Shown here one piece after another: positions 1 through 12,200 of a DNA stretch of 64,000 nt. A program made the position numbers and the translations under genes. Each line of letters opens with the position of its first letter. The first letter of the stretch is position 1. Below the pieces are notes generated by a model. It searched no databases, was not told the DNA's origin, and worked only from the letters and a program-made list of their open reading frames with translations. This DNA is from Yuukianura sp. NJ FZ-2021 (Eukaryota), in the NCBI GenBank assembly GCA_046563655.1, contig CM102286.1, positions 7,688,001 through 7,752,000 on the forward strand. The letters run 5' to 3'.

Positions 1-1035
1 GAAAAGAAAAATTCAATTCGCAATGATTCGGAAAACACCGAAAACCAAAACGCCCAACGTCCGAGTTCCGCTGCGACAAAAACGTCGGCTCAAAAAATCC
101 AAGTGCCAAGTCCCCTGTCCAAGACCCCTACGCAACAGGACGTGCTAGACTACATTCAGCGGGTCAATTTGTACATCAATCGTCTTGGTTACCACCATAA
201 GGGTGAACCAGGAATCCGGGTCCTCACGCACCTTTCGTTCCGTCACCACATGGAAACGGCACGTCAAATCATCAAGGCCGGTGAAAATATCAAATGTCTC
301 CATGCCATGCTTCTCGGAATCTACTTCACCAATTCTACTCCACTCGTCGAACGATTTCCAATCAACTTCAAGTCAAAGTTGAACGGAAAAGAGTATCGCC
401 ATGTCGTTCTTGGAATTTATGCGTATGGTGCGTATGGAGCCTTAGGCCTTAGCCGTGATGCAGGACTCCAGGACAAACCGCCAACATTCTTACGACTCTC
501 GGAACTGCTCAAGGATTTCGCTAGCTGCTACACTGCAAGCGGGCATACTTTGTTGGAAATCAAAGTTGGTGGAATCATTCCACGTGACACGACAACACAG
601 CGTGGCATTCCTTGGCGAGTTGGCGTCCTGAGTATGAGCAAATTTCCGGATCTGAAGGGATTCGATACAGAAGCGGACAAGTTGGCACGGCTAGTCAAGG
701 CCCAGATGAGTCAAACGAGCATTCGGCCTGCTCTTCGTTCAGCCTCAAAGCCCCCGTTGCCACCGGCACTTCCCAGCACAAGCGGATTGGCTCGTCAAGG
801 TTTACGGCTGACGGTTGCTGGAAGTTCTGGAAAGCTCAAAGCAGTCACCTCCGCTGGTATCAAGAAGAAGTCAAAGTCCGACACAAAAATCGTTTTGATC
901 CGACATGCTCCAACTTCATCAAAATTAACCTCAACCAGTTCAAATCGACGTCTTCACAAAACAACGTCTGGTACCAAAGGTGCCAAAGCAAAAAAGAAGA
1001 AGGTACCCAAGTACAAGCGGTTTGCGGAACCCTAA
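1..1035 (+). CDS. Vasohibin-like protein (tubulin detyrosinating carboxypeptidase family), 5'-truncated by the window edge, no introns in the visible part
   Basis: Frame 1 is open from base 1 to TAA at 1033-1035. Motifs YHHKG, IKCLHAMLLGIYFTN, ERFPINFKS, YRHVVLG and GALGLSR match vasohibin (YNHTG, IKCLEAVILGIYLTN, ERFPISFKT, FRHIVLG, GALGMSR) with the Cys-His-Ser residues present. Basic low-complexity C-tail; AATAAA near 1140. Confidence 0.85.
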   Translation, partial: EKKNSIRNDSENTENQNAQRPSSAATKTSAQKIQVPSPLSKTPTQQDVLDYIQRVNLYINRLGYHHKGEPGIRVLTHLSFRHHMETARQIIKAGENIKCLHAMLLGIYFTNSTPLVERFPINFKSKLNGKEYRHVVLGIYAYGAYGALGLSRDAGLQDKPPTFLRLSELLKDFASCYTASGHTLLEIKVGGIIPRDTTTQRGIPWRVGVLSMSKFPDLKGFDTEADKLARLVKAQMSQTSIRPALRSASKPPLPPALPSTSGLARQGLRLTVAGSSGKLKAVTSAGIKKKSKSDTKIVLIRHAPTSSKLTSTSSNRRLHKTTSGTKGAKAKKKKVPKYKRFAEP

Positions 1036-3256
1036 AAATTACTACTTTTCACACAAAAAAAAATCATTTACAAATTAAATCGACGAAGAGCGATGTAAAT
1101 GAAAATTTTCAAAACGTTTCAAATGTAGTCGAAAGCTTTAATAAATAAAATGCGCCAAAAACAGAACAAACTGAATCAAGTATTTTTTAGTATTTTTTGC
1201 GCCGACTTACCTAATTTTTATCCACAGACGCTTTGTACTTTCGATTTTTTTTTTAAATTTTGCTCGTTTCATTGATTTTTCTAAGACATAAGTCTTTGGG
1301 TATAAGAAATATTAAAATTATGGAATATGCATAAAGTTGCCTTTGCACAATGATGCAATGTTGAAAACAATATTGTTGTTCGTAGTAAAGTTGAAAATTA
1401 TGCCCAAGTCTTAATCATCCTCGGCCAAACCCAGACATTAATAATTTGTATTCTCCTCCCTCCCTGGATGATCTTTGGACCAAAACCTAACTTATTTCCA
1501 AGTGTGTAAATAAATTTATAATGGGGAGAGTAGAGGGTATTGGAAAGTGGCAGACTGGACCTAACTAAACTACATTTTCCATAAACCAAAGTTCAAATAT
1601 TGTTCACACACCCTTCCCTCTTACAAAAACTTGGAATTATAATGATTTGTGCACATGAAATCAACCTGTTCTTTCAGAATCTTTCCAACATCCATGGTTT
1701 CATAAGATGAGATGATGAAGGCTGGAAAGTTCAAGAGATCTATGGACTTTGAATTGTGAAGAAGTAGTTTTTCAGCAGAATCAAACTTTTGTTCAAACAA
1801 AACCCAAATTACGAAATTTCATCAGCATTCAGAGTTTCAGGATTTTGTCTAGCATCAGTTGAAACTTTTTTTCCACATTTTTTACATTTAAAAAAAATTA
1901 GAGCTAAAAGCACTTTACAAGGCCCTAATTTATGAATGAATTTTTTGTTAATCGTGGTGACAATTTCCTCTCGTCTTTTTCCTAATAATGCCCACCACAA
2001 AACTAATTCATCTTTTATAATAATGGACAAAACGAAAAATGTTCCAGGCGGCAAACTCTGTCTTTGAATCTTTGATTCATTCAAACAGTAAATTGTCATC
2101 ATCATTTTAAAATGCCAGAATAATGGGACTTAATTCACATTCTCCCGCCTCCATCTCTCCAGTCCAAAATCAACAGCGTCACACAACCATTCAAACACTT
2201 TCAAAGTCCAGACTGTATTTTAAGCCTTTTCAATGTCATTTCAAAACGACAAGTTTTAAGTATTGCAATCCGACGCCACTGTTCTACTGGAAATGCCTGT
2301 AAGTGTAGCCCAACCCACTAAAAATACAAACCTTGCGTCTCAAAGTTCGAAACAGGATTTTAATGACCTTCTTTCTTGGTGTATTTCCATTGAATGTGTC
2401 GAATGCATAAGAAATTGTTAAATTCTTAAGTAATAGTACTAGGGATGACGGAATTGGAAATAAGCCTTACGAATACGATACAGATTTGAAATAAGATGAA
2501 TGAAAAATTAAAGTGTCGACTCATTCGGAATGATAGCTACGGAAATAACCGAACATAATCACAATGGCGTCATTTCATTATGCACAACACCAACGTAGTT
2601 TCTGAAAGCTTTTTTTTCTTTTGCAGCTCCAAATTCTAAAGTAACGAATTTACACTAAAAACCATTTTGTGGAAAAACGCAATTTTCAGACAAAACTTAA
2701 TTTTTGTTGAGAAATATTCGGTGTCTGTTATTTTTTTTAAAGAGTTTTGCCGCTTCCCAGACTAATTTTGGTTCAAATGGCTTTGATTTTTTTAAAGCAG
2801 TTTATTTCTCAGCGGTTTTTGAAAATTTAATAATTTTGTAACGTTGATGCTTCGTTGGAGCTAAGTTCTCTGATGTACCTTTGTTGTTCAAAATGATGCT
2901 TGTTTTTGAATGTAAACTGGAAACGCGCCAACTAGTCTCAGCTCAAACACTATCATCAATGGGCGACGCCTAGGACGTAAAACGTCATTCACAAAGACTC
3001 GTTTCATTGTTCCTTAACGACGGCCGTGTAAGAATTGGTGTATAAAAACCCGGTTAAGAACGTGTTGAACAAAAGCCAGTATAACTGCATCATCATAATT
3101 CATAAGGAACGACGATTAAAGAATTCCAATTCCAATTGCTGGGGTTGAGGTAAACAAAATTTTGATTCATTCATACATCCCTATCCTACACTTTTTACAC
3201 CGACCTGAAAGTGTACGGAAGCGTGTTAAAATGAACTTAAAAGTTCAGCAACTTAC

Positions 3257-6200
3257 CATAGAGTGACCCAAGTACTCGGCTGCATTGTCTGAGATGTACA
3301 ATAACTTCCCGTTTTGGGTCATCATGATCAGAAACCCACTCAAAGCCTGCAAAGTCAGCATCAATTTTAATTCAAGTTAAAAAAAGCAGAAACTTTGGAA
3401 AATGTAGAGTTCCTAATTTTAATTCAAGTTTATTCCCATTTCTTCGTTTTTTTTTATCCGCGCCTAACAATTCCTGTATAACTTGAATTCAAAATGTCAA
3501 AATGCCTTTCTTGGGACCTCAAATTTTGAAAAGTGTTTGTTGACTTTCAATTTATATGCTAATATAATTTTTTCCTTCAAAACGTTCAAACATCAACACA
3601 GGTAGCAAGATTTGACAGTTGAAAGGTTAAGCGTTGAACATCATCATCTTGAGCATTCAACAAACAAAAATATGACGGGTCAATAGATTATCAAGGCAAG
3701 TGCAACGGACGTTTCTACGTCTTCGACACGTTAACGCTAAACTTATTCCACACGCAACATAACATCTATTGAACAGAGTTCTATCATTTTTAAAACAAAT
3801 CTAGCAATTGCAAAAAAAAGAAAGAAGCATAACATTGCTAAACTTTTCTAAAGAACTCATTCCAGAAAGAAAAGAAAAGCGGTTAACAGTGTTAAAAATG
3901 GAAATCAAAACACATCTTACCTTTGAAAAACCAATGTTTGGTGTACAATAAGGATGGCCCAGTTCATGGAATCTTTTAAACACTGAAATAGAATGGAAAT
4001 TAAAATTTTGAAAGTTTTCCAAAACAATGTTGCCATTTTAATTTAGTTCCCTTGGACGTACAGAATATTGTCGTGTTTGTTTAAACAAAGAACAACAACA
4101 ACATTAGAGTGAGTGAGTTGTATTGAAATTTTCGAAATAGTGTATAATTTGGATTTGTTCTGGATTGAAAGGATATACAAATTGAACCAACCGAAAGGTA
4201 AATGTGACAAATATTGAAATTTTAATTTAGAATCATGCAAAGATAAAAGTTCATGGAAACGTTCATGTGCGAATTTCAAATTTCAGATGGCGGGTGATCT
4301 TCTGCACGGAGCAAAGGTGATATTGATGCTAATGCCGCAGATACTCTGTGCGTCACTGCTTGTGCTCGTTGTCGCCTTGATCTTCATGGACGACGAAAGA
4401 GCATTCTGTGCCGTCGTGTTGTCAACGCTACTCGCCAGCCTGGTTGCGATCTGGCTCATCGCAGGTTGGACTACATATTGGGACCACCAAGCTTCATAAC
4501 CACGCCAAATCAAAATTCCCACGCCGAGACAAAATTTCAAAAAGTTGTGTTCCGGAAGCTAACCACCACTATGAAAAGAGAATGTAACCGTAAGTTAGCG
4601 GAAGTGCTATTGAAATAAAAATAAAAAGGACCACTTTTGGTAACTGCTGAATTCAATTTACCGTATTTGCCAACTATGACTGCGCAAGTTTTGTTTCCGA
4701 AAATTTTTAAAAGAAAAATAGAAGTTTGAAAAATGAACGATGTCATGTCTTCATTCCATAAATCACTTTTTTCCAAAATGGAAGTTTGGTTAATTTTGTT
4801 TTGTTTTAGACTCCAAATTGGAGTTGGTTTTCAGTCCAAAGTAAAATGCTAAAAATTAATTTCTAGATTCCTTTTGAAGATGACTTTGTTGGCGTTGCTC
4901 ATCTTCTTGTTGGTTGTTGCCTTGAGTAAACAATGTTATTAGAAATGAAGTGTTAAGGTGTCAGATGAGAAATGACCAATGTTGACAAGCTGTAGAATCA
5001 AGGCGTGCCTTGAGGTCTCTGCTAATTGAAACGACTCTATAATTATGTTTCTCTTGTCTTTTAAGGAGTTCCTATCCAAACCAATTGTATTTCCAATGTC
5101 CAGTTACATTTGGAATCACAACAGAAAAGTTTAATAGAATTTAACGCAGCGTGAAGCGACTAATGTGGATGAAAACAAAGCAGCAGGACTGCACATTTTT
5201 TAAAAACAAGAAAAGTTAACATATCCATCTTCCTGTAAAAATTAAAATTGATCTTCGTTTAACCCGTTTTGCAAAGAAATGTTGTGAAGGGGTGGCGACT
5301 TTGTTATTTATTCGTTTTTGTGCCAGTCAGTCAACTTCCAAATGCCTTTTTGACTTTCATCTCTCGTGTTAACTTGTCGTCCAATGTTATAAGGTCCCTT
5401 CACCTTGGCACTTGAGTGCAATTGTTATTTGTAACAAAACAATCCATTTGGAATATTCTTTATTCTTTTAAGTCAAAAACTCCTTGCTTCCTTTAACACC
5501 TTCACTTTTACTGTGGGTGTGAGTTAAGAAGTCACATAAATTACAAATGGAGAAAATTAAACCACCCTCCATCGCGCCCTTTCTTGTGTCTATTCGTTTT
5601 CCTTTTACAAAATTTCACAATCGACCCACCGCACAGTCAAATATGGAAACAGATCTAATTGGCTTATTTAGAAATTGTACCAATAAAATATCCAATTGAG
5701 ATCTCTATCACAATGTATTTTATGATCTCATTTTGCAATTTCCGATTTCCTCTTAACTGCTGAACGCACTTTGTGTACGTCAAGCGTCGACACTAAATTT
5801 GCACACAAAAATTAAAAGTTTTTGAATTCATTCAAATTATTTTAGTTGTTTTCTTCGAGAGCACCATACGACTTATGCACTTTGAAAACGTTTCCCCACA
5901 TTCCGCCTCCACTTGCACTATAGCTGCTAACTTAAGTTGCTGAAGTTTACTAAATTGCTAAGCGTTGTTAAATTTACACACTAAAAATTAGGTAAAACTT
6001 GGTCTATCGTTACATTTTTGCTACAAATTTTTTACGGCACAAACGACTTCTATAACCCAAGTTAGCTAATATAACATGCCGTAATACTTATGTATATGAT
6101 GAATGACTATAAATTCTGTACGCTTTGGAGCAAAAAGTTACACGTATTTTTTTGGATGCTTGAAGGTGTCAAAACATTGTAGCAAATATGTGGATATTAG

Positions 6201-9200
6201 TGATAAAATCAACCTCGCTTCAGCAGCCAAATTGACGAATGTCCTTGGACATGGGGAAACAGTAGAGTGTCGGCAAGGATAAGGTCCAAGATCCACTAGA
6301 TACGTTAATTGATCGAAGACGCAAAAAAATAAGACAAGAGACAAGCAACTGCACGGTGTTGAGAAACTGACTCAGTGTATATAATGGATTTTGGCAAAAA
6401 CAATTTGCAATTTGACGTTAGGAATTCAAGAGCCTATTGTTTTTGCGAACCCTTTAATTGCATATTTTGCACTACTAATTCCGGGTTCCAAGCAAACTCA
6501 AATTATAATACTTCAAAACCAATTCTTCTCTGATTTTTTTCTCTTGTAAGAGATTCTGTAAATTGTTAATTTAAGTTTTGTAATACAGTTGATTTTTTGT
6601 CAAATATTTTCACCTTAAATTAGATTTTGGTGTTTTTTGGAACAAAAAGAAATTGAAAGATTCATTAAAAACTCCTTTTGATTCAAAATTTCACTTAAAC
6701 TGCAACTGTTAGTAGTATAGTCATTTACCTTAAAAACTATCTGTTCATCAATACACAATTAATGAAAACAAATTTGTTAATTTTGAAAAGAAAAAAAAAA
6801 CGATTTAAAAAATGTCTTCACGAATTTTGAGTTCACATCAAGGAGTCCATTGTCTCTTTGTGTCTTCCTATTCACCCTCCTCTTATTTTTTAAAAATAAT
6901 TACAAAAAGTTTTCATTTGGTAGCAAACACTAAAAGGCTAATTAAGCCAAGTCCCCTCATCCTAATTTGTCCCGTAGATCTTTTTAGAACAAGACAAAAA
7001 CAAGCGTGGGAAAATTTGAAACAAAAACTTTTGAAATTTTGTTATTCCATTTTGTAAAATTCTTTGAAATAAAGGTGCTTTGAAATAACAACTTGGCTGA
7101 CAGATTGAGTTCTAATTGTAATTTATTGGCTATTGCCTATACTTTTGAAAATTCTTGATTATGGAACAATATGGAAACTTGTACTATGTCCAAAACAACA
7201 TTTTTTGAAGCACTTTGTTAAGTATAATTTTTTTCTTCATAAAAAGAGAATGGGCGGCGTGATATATGGAAATAAACAGAGATGTTGGTCCGATATTTTA
7301 AAAGTCCGACTTTTCAAAATGTTCTGAAACAATGGATTATTTCTTGTCCTGGCATTATCATAAATCCTCTACGTTCCACAACTTCACAGACTAGTCAGAC
7401 GTTAACTTTTTTTTTAAATAGACGCGCTGCTTTCTGGCAGCCAACAAGTGAGTGGCGTCTTCAACGTCGTTTTGTATTTATTCCTCCCCCTTTCCCATAC
7501 ACTTACTACTTTTGTAGTCGAAAAGCTCTCGTAAGGCACTTGACGTCTTTTTTTTTTTAACAAAATTGGAAATTTGAAGTTGTTTTTTCCTGACAAAATG
7601 GAAAATTTCTTAATTTCTAAACAATAATTGTTTGCAAATCAGGGATCCTGTGACCCATTGTCTAAAACTAGGCAATGGCCCTGATCAATCGTAAACAATG
7701 AAATGTTTCTTTTTTAGACATTGTGCATAAAACGTAAATTTTCATTTGGCGACGACGGCTCACTGCAGACAACAATGACTGAACTCTGTAAACAGTTTCG
7801 AAGTAGAAAACTTGAATTTTTTTTTTAAATAATGTGTTCGAATGAGCAATTGTTAAAGTGTCCCTGGTACAAATGAGGGAGTTATTAAGGGGAAACCGGA
7901 TTTTGAAAAACCGCTTCTGCGCCTTTGACGACAACGCTCAGCTCAATGACAAAAGAAGCGCACCGTTCACAAAACTAGTCAGACCTCATTTGTCTTCCCG
8001 GGAAAAAAAGAAGAAAGAAGTTAACACTTCATTCTGTACGTGTTGGGAACAAATTGGAGCTGAGGTCAAAGGTCAAGGCCTTCCTCGTATTTATTTCCTT
8101 ACCTTGCTGGAAGTAATTTGCCTTCCTAACGTAGACACAGACGAGAGCCATGAGTTGCAGTTGAGAAAGTCTTTGTCTCGTTGATGATGGAAGGGGCAAG
8201 AGGTCACGGAGATTGGCAATTTCTCCATTAATCAAGTCTCGTCTGAGCTTGCTCGCCCCCTTCGTGGATTTATTGGATTCAAAAGTGCTGCAATGTACAA
8301 AATAAGAACATTATTTAAATATTATTACTATATTATGTTATGGCAATGCAAAAGATCTTTACTGAAATTGAAACAGTAAAGTTAGGAGAGAAATGGATTG
8401 ATTTAATTCAGTTCAGGTCAATTGATTTCGGACTATCTTGATTCACGATTTTTAAAAAGACATGACTTGAAGTGTTTATTATTTTGATAATGATGAGTAA
8501 AGCGAGTAAACTCGTGCCTCTGATGATGAAATATGCCTCATCAGATTTCGTAGTCACCATTACATTTTTAAACGAAACATTTTTTTAAAACATAGACACA
8601 AATTGGACATAAAGAGGTTGATGAATTGCGTTCGGGTCAAAAACCGATTTGAGAGATGAAAGTTCAACATTTTATTTCAATGAGCTATCGTCGTTTTTGT
8701 CTCGACAATTTTTTGTGCAGGGTGATGAGAAATCCACGGGTTTTTGTTCGCTGGGTTGAAATTTATAAATTTGAAAAACCGTGGACACATTTGCATTTCA
8801 TTTTTAACATCAATAAAAATTTAGATCTCACATTAAATGCCAAATATTTTTGGAGACTTATGGTTTGCAAAATTTCTCCCTTGGGGAACCGAGTCTCTTC
8901 TGCAACAGAGTTAATTCATTGGTTCCGTGTCTATAAAAGGTGGTTAAATTGGGGATGATCTTGTTGAAAATGGAAGAGGGATGGATGCTTTATGATGATC
9001 CGTTACAGAATGAAACTCAATTTTTCCCTGTGCAAAATCCTTGTGACCCACACATCAAGTCCAAAAAAGCAAGGAAAACAATAAAGAAAAAGTCATAAAG
9101 TATCCAAAAAATATTTTGCGTCAATTTCCCTCCGAGGGCCTGTTGAATGTTGAGGTTCTTAACCGTAACATATGCATTCTCCACAACAACCTCCCCCACA

Positions 9201-12200
9201 TTGCCAAATTACGGAGATGCAGTTTATTTCGACTAACCACTACCATCACTACCACCCTTCAGTTGAAGCATGATGCTCTTATGCTATTTTTAAACTTTAA
9301 TATCACAGGTTCACATCACATCACTCAAGGTACATGAATTAACAACGGGATGAAAAAACTGATCGTGAGTGCCAGAAAGACAAAAAATTTCAGCTCCGAA
9401 CAAATTTTTCCTCTCTATAGAAAAACTGTTTGCGGCAACTTTTTTCTTTGACCTTTCGATTTTTTCAAACGTTCCATAAACTTTGTAACATCTTAACAGG
9501 TAAGATTAAAAAATACTCTTTCACTGCATAAATCCTTGTCGGTAATTTTGATTCTATTTTCAAAATAATTTATATTACAAATCGAAACAATTTAATACTG
9601 TAATGCATCCATTTTGACAACCAACACCGTGCATAAATTCGATTCACAAAACCAAAAAACAAGTTCAGAAATTCTCCAAGTACCGCTTGGCTAATTTTTT
9701 TTAAAACACAAAGTTCCGCCACTTTCACTACAAAGAATTTTTTTTTTTTACAAAATAATTAATTAAAAATGTGCCAAAAATTTGCAAATCACAAAATTTA
9801 ATCTGATTTTTTATGTATGGCTTGTTCCAAGAGAGTAAAAATTAGCACAAAAACTTTTGAATGCGAAATAATTTAAAAATCAACCTATGCAACAAATTGT
9901 TAAACAGTAGCATTTTAACAATAACGAAAGTCTACAAACCGAGAGTAAATTACAATGGTTTTTGGGGTAAAAAGGAATTCCATGTCGCTACTGAGGTTCA
10001 ACAATAGTTGCAGAGATTTCTTCCTAGTTGGTTGAAGTGACTCGACAAAAATCATATTTAATCCAATTGAATTGAAAAGCTGCTAGGATTCGGACACTAA
10101 ATAGCGTACATCTTCTGTATTTCCACTTACAAGCCAAAGCCATGATTTTTTAATTTTTATTTACACACATCATATAAATCCGTTACACACAAAACCCATG
10201 GTAGAAATTTGTTTGAGTTTGATCATTGAAATAGTTCGTTTCAAGTATTTCCGGCACTATAAACCTTTTCATCCAATTCCTTTAACTTTTTGTCGCCTCA
10301 TGATTTTAAAAAAATTCATATTACTAGAACAAATGAAACTTTTCAACAAAAACTAACCATAAAACACAATTTTACAGAATTCTTTCCACACAGAAACTAA
10401 TTGTTGCAAGCGCTTATAATTGACATTGTGCCAAAACAAACTGTTGTTCCCGAAATAACGAATTTTAGCACCAAGTTGGAATCTAACAAGTTTGACCTTT
10501 AGCTAACGAAGTAGGTCAATGTGCTAAAAGCTAAATCGGTACAGTGATACCATTAAAATTTTACAACTTTTTTTAAAGTTAGGTTAGTCTTTAAGTCGCA
10601 ATATTCAGTCTACTGTACTTAAAAAAACGTAGAAGATGTACAGGGAAAGATGATGACTTTTGACGAGTTTGGAGATCTCATTATCGCCTTTATCTTCCTT
10701 TGTATTCCGGCAGGGATTGTTTCTTTGCCTTTCAGCACTTCTTTAAGTAATTGAGTATACATCTCCGTTGTCTACTTTTTTCAGTACAAAAAAAAAGTCC
10801 GACAAAGATGAATGTAATTGTCTTGGAAAACAACAAGGCCAAAGTAAAGTTCTCTTTAATTGTGCCTCCTTTGTCATCAACAATAGTTTTTAGCATCTTC
10901 TAATCCCAGTTGATACTGGGCAGATGCAGTTAGTGTGCGGTGTCTTTTTAATGATAAAGTCGGAAGCAATCAACCCTGTCAGCCTCCCATTGTCTTCAAA
11001 TATTCCCTCATGTTCTGCGGACCATCTCTGTGCTACTCTTCCTGTTTTACTTTTTTGCAAAAAAAAAAAAAAATAACAAAACAAAAAAAACTTGGCAAAT
11101 AATTTTTACAACCTAGTTTTTGGAATTTGTCTTATGACTTGGAAAAGTATAGTGTAGATTTCTAGATGTTGCTCTTCTGCAGTGTAGATGACATTGCCAC
11201 TTGTTGAAGATGTCACTTATCTTTGAAAGTGTCAACGTGACATTGACAAATTGGTGGTAGGAACCACTGGACCTGAATGGCTAATGATGCAGATTAATTC
11301 ATGACACCTTCCTTTGCTTTCTCAATAGCTTTTGAAGCTGTTTACCTTAATGCAAACTCAAGGTACAAATGGATTAGATGAGATGCTACGAAGATGCTGT
11401 ATGTGCAAGGTGCACAAATGACGTACAGCTGGAATTTCAGGAGGATTCAAGTGCGGCTGGAAGTGATTTACAACATTGGCTTAGGAAAGTAGAAAAAACT
11501 ACAATTTTCAACGATGATCCGAAACTTTTTGAACATTTTGCGTTAAAGTTTGCAGAACTAGCTTGAAAATTAATTTATAACTTATGTATCTCGTATAAAA
11601 GTATAAGTGTAGGTAAGGATTTTGAAAAAAAAATGTAATTTCTTTTTCTATTGTTTAACATTCATCTCAAAATCATGTTTTCGGATGATCTAACATCTAT
11701 TTTTACGACGTTGAATTCTGCGTGGGGGATACGAAGCTATGCAGAATGAATGATGTAATGAAGAAGCAACAAGTTTTTCAGAAGTTGGAGCCTCAATTTA
11801 AGAATGCTATAGAAAACGATATGGTAAAGTTCCGGCTTCTCCGGATTCTCCCCTGATGATTATTCATGTACTGGAGAGAGCTAAGGTGATCCCATGAAGA
11901 TGAAGTGATGTTCATCCCCCAGGCATTTTCCCAGCAGCTCTTTGCCTCCAAGTAGTTTTTAAATGGAGCCTGTGCATTGTATTATTAAAGTAATCATTAT
12001 TTGGAAGATGCTGAAGGAGGCTGTGAGAGGGAAGATGCGGTTGGATTGGAGGGAGCAAGAACTCTGTGCTGACTTGATCTTAATGACAAGGTATCATAAT
12101 GGGCATGTGGGATTTTGTGAAGCTAGAAATTACCTTATCCTCTAAGATTGCTGATCCTAGCCGTGATTTCACAGCTAGCAAAATAACAAGAGGAATTATC

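Noticed and set aside
1398..2105. Short minus-strand ORFs downstream of the vasohibin-like gene
   Set aside because: Fragmented by stops with no recognisable domain; at most an old relic.
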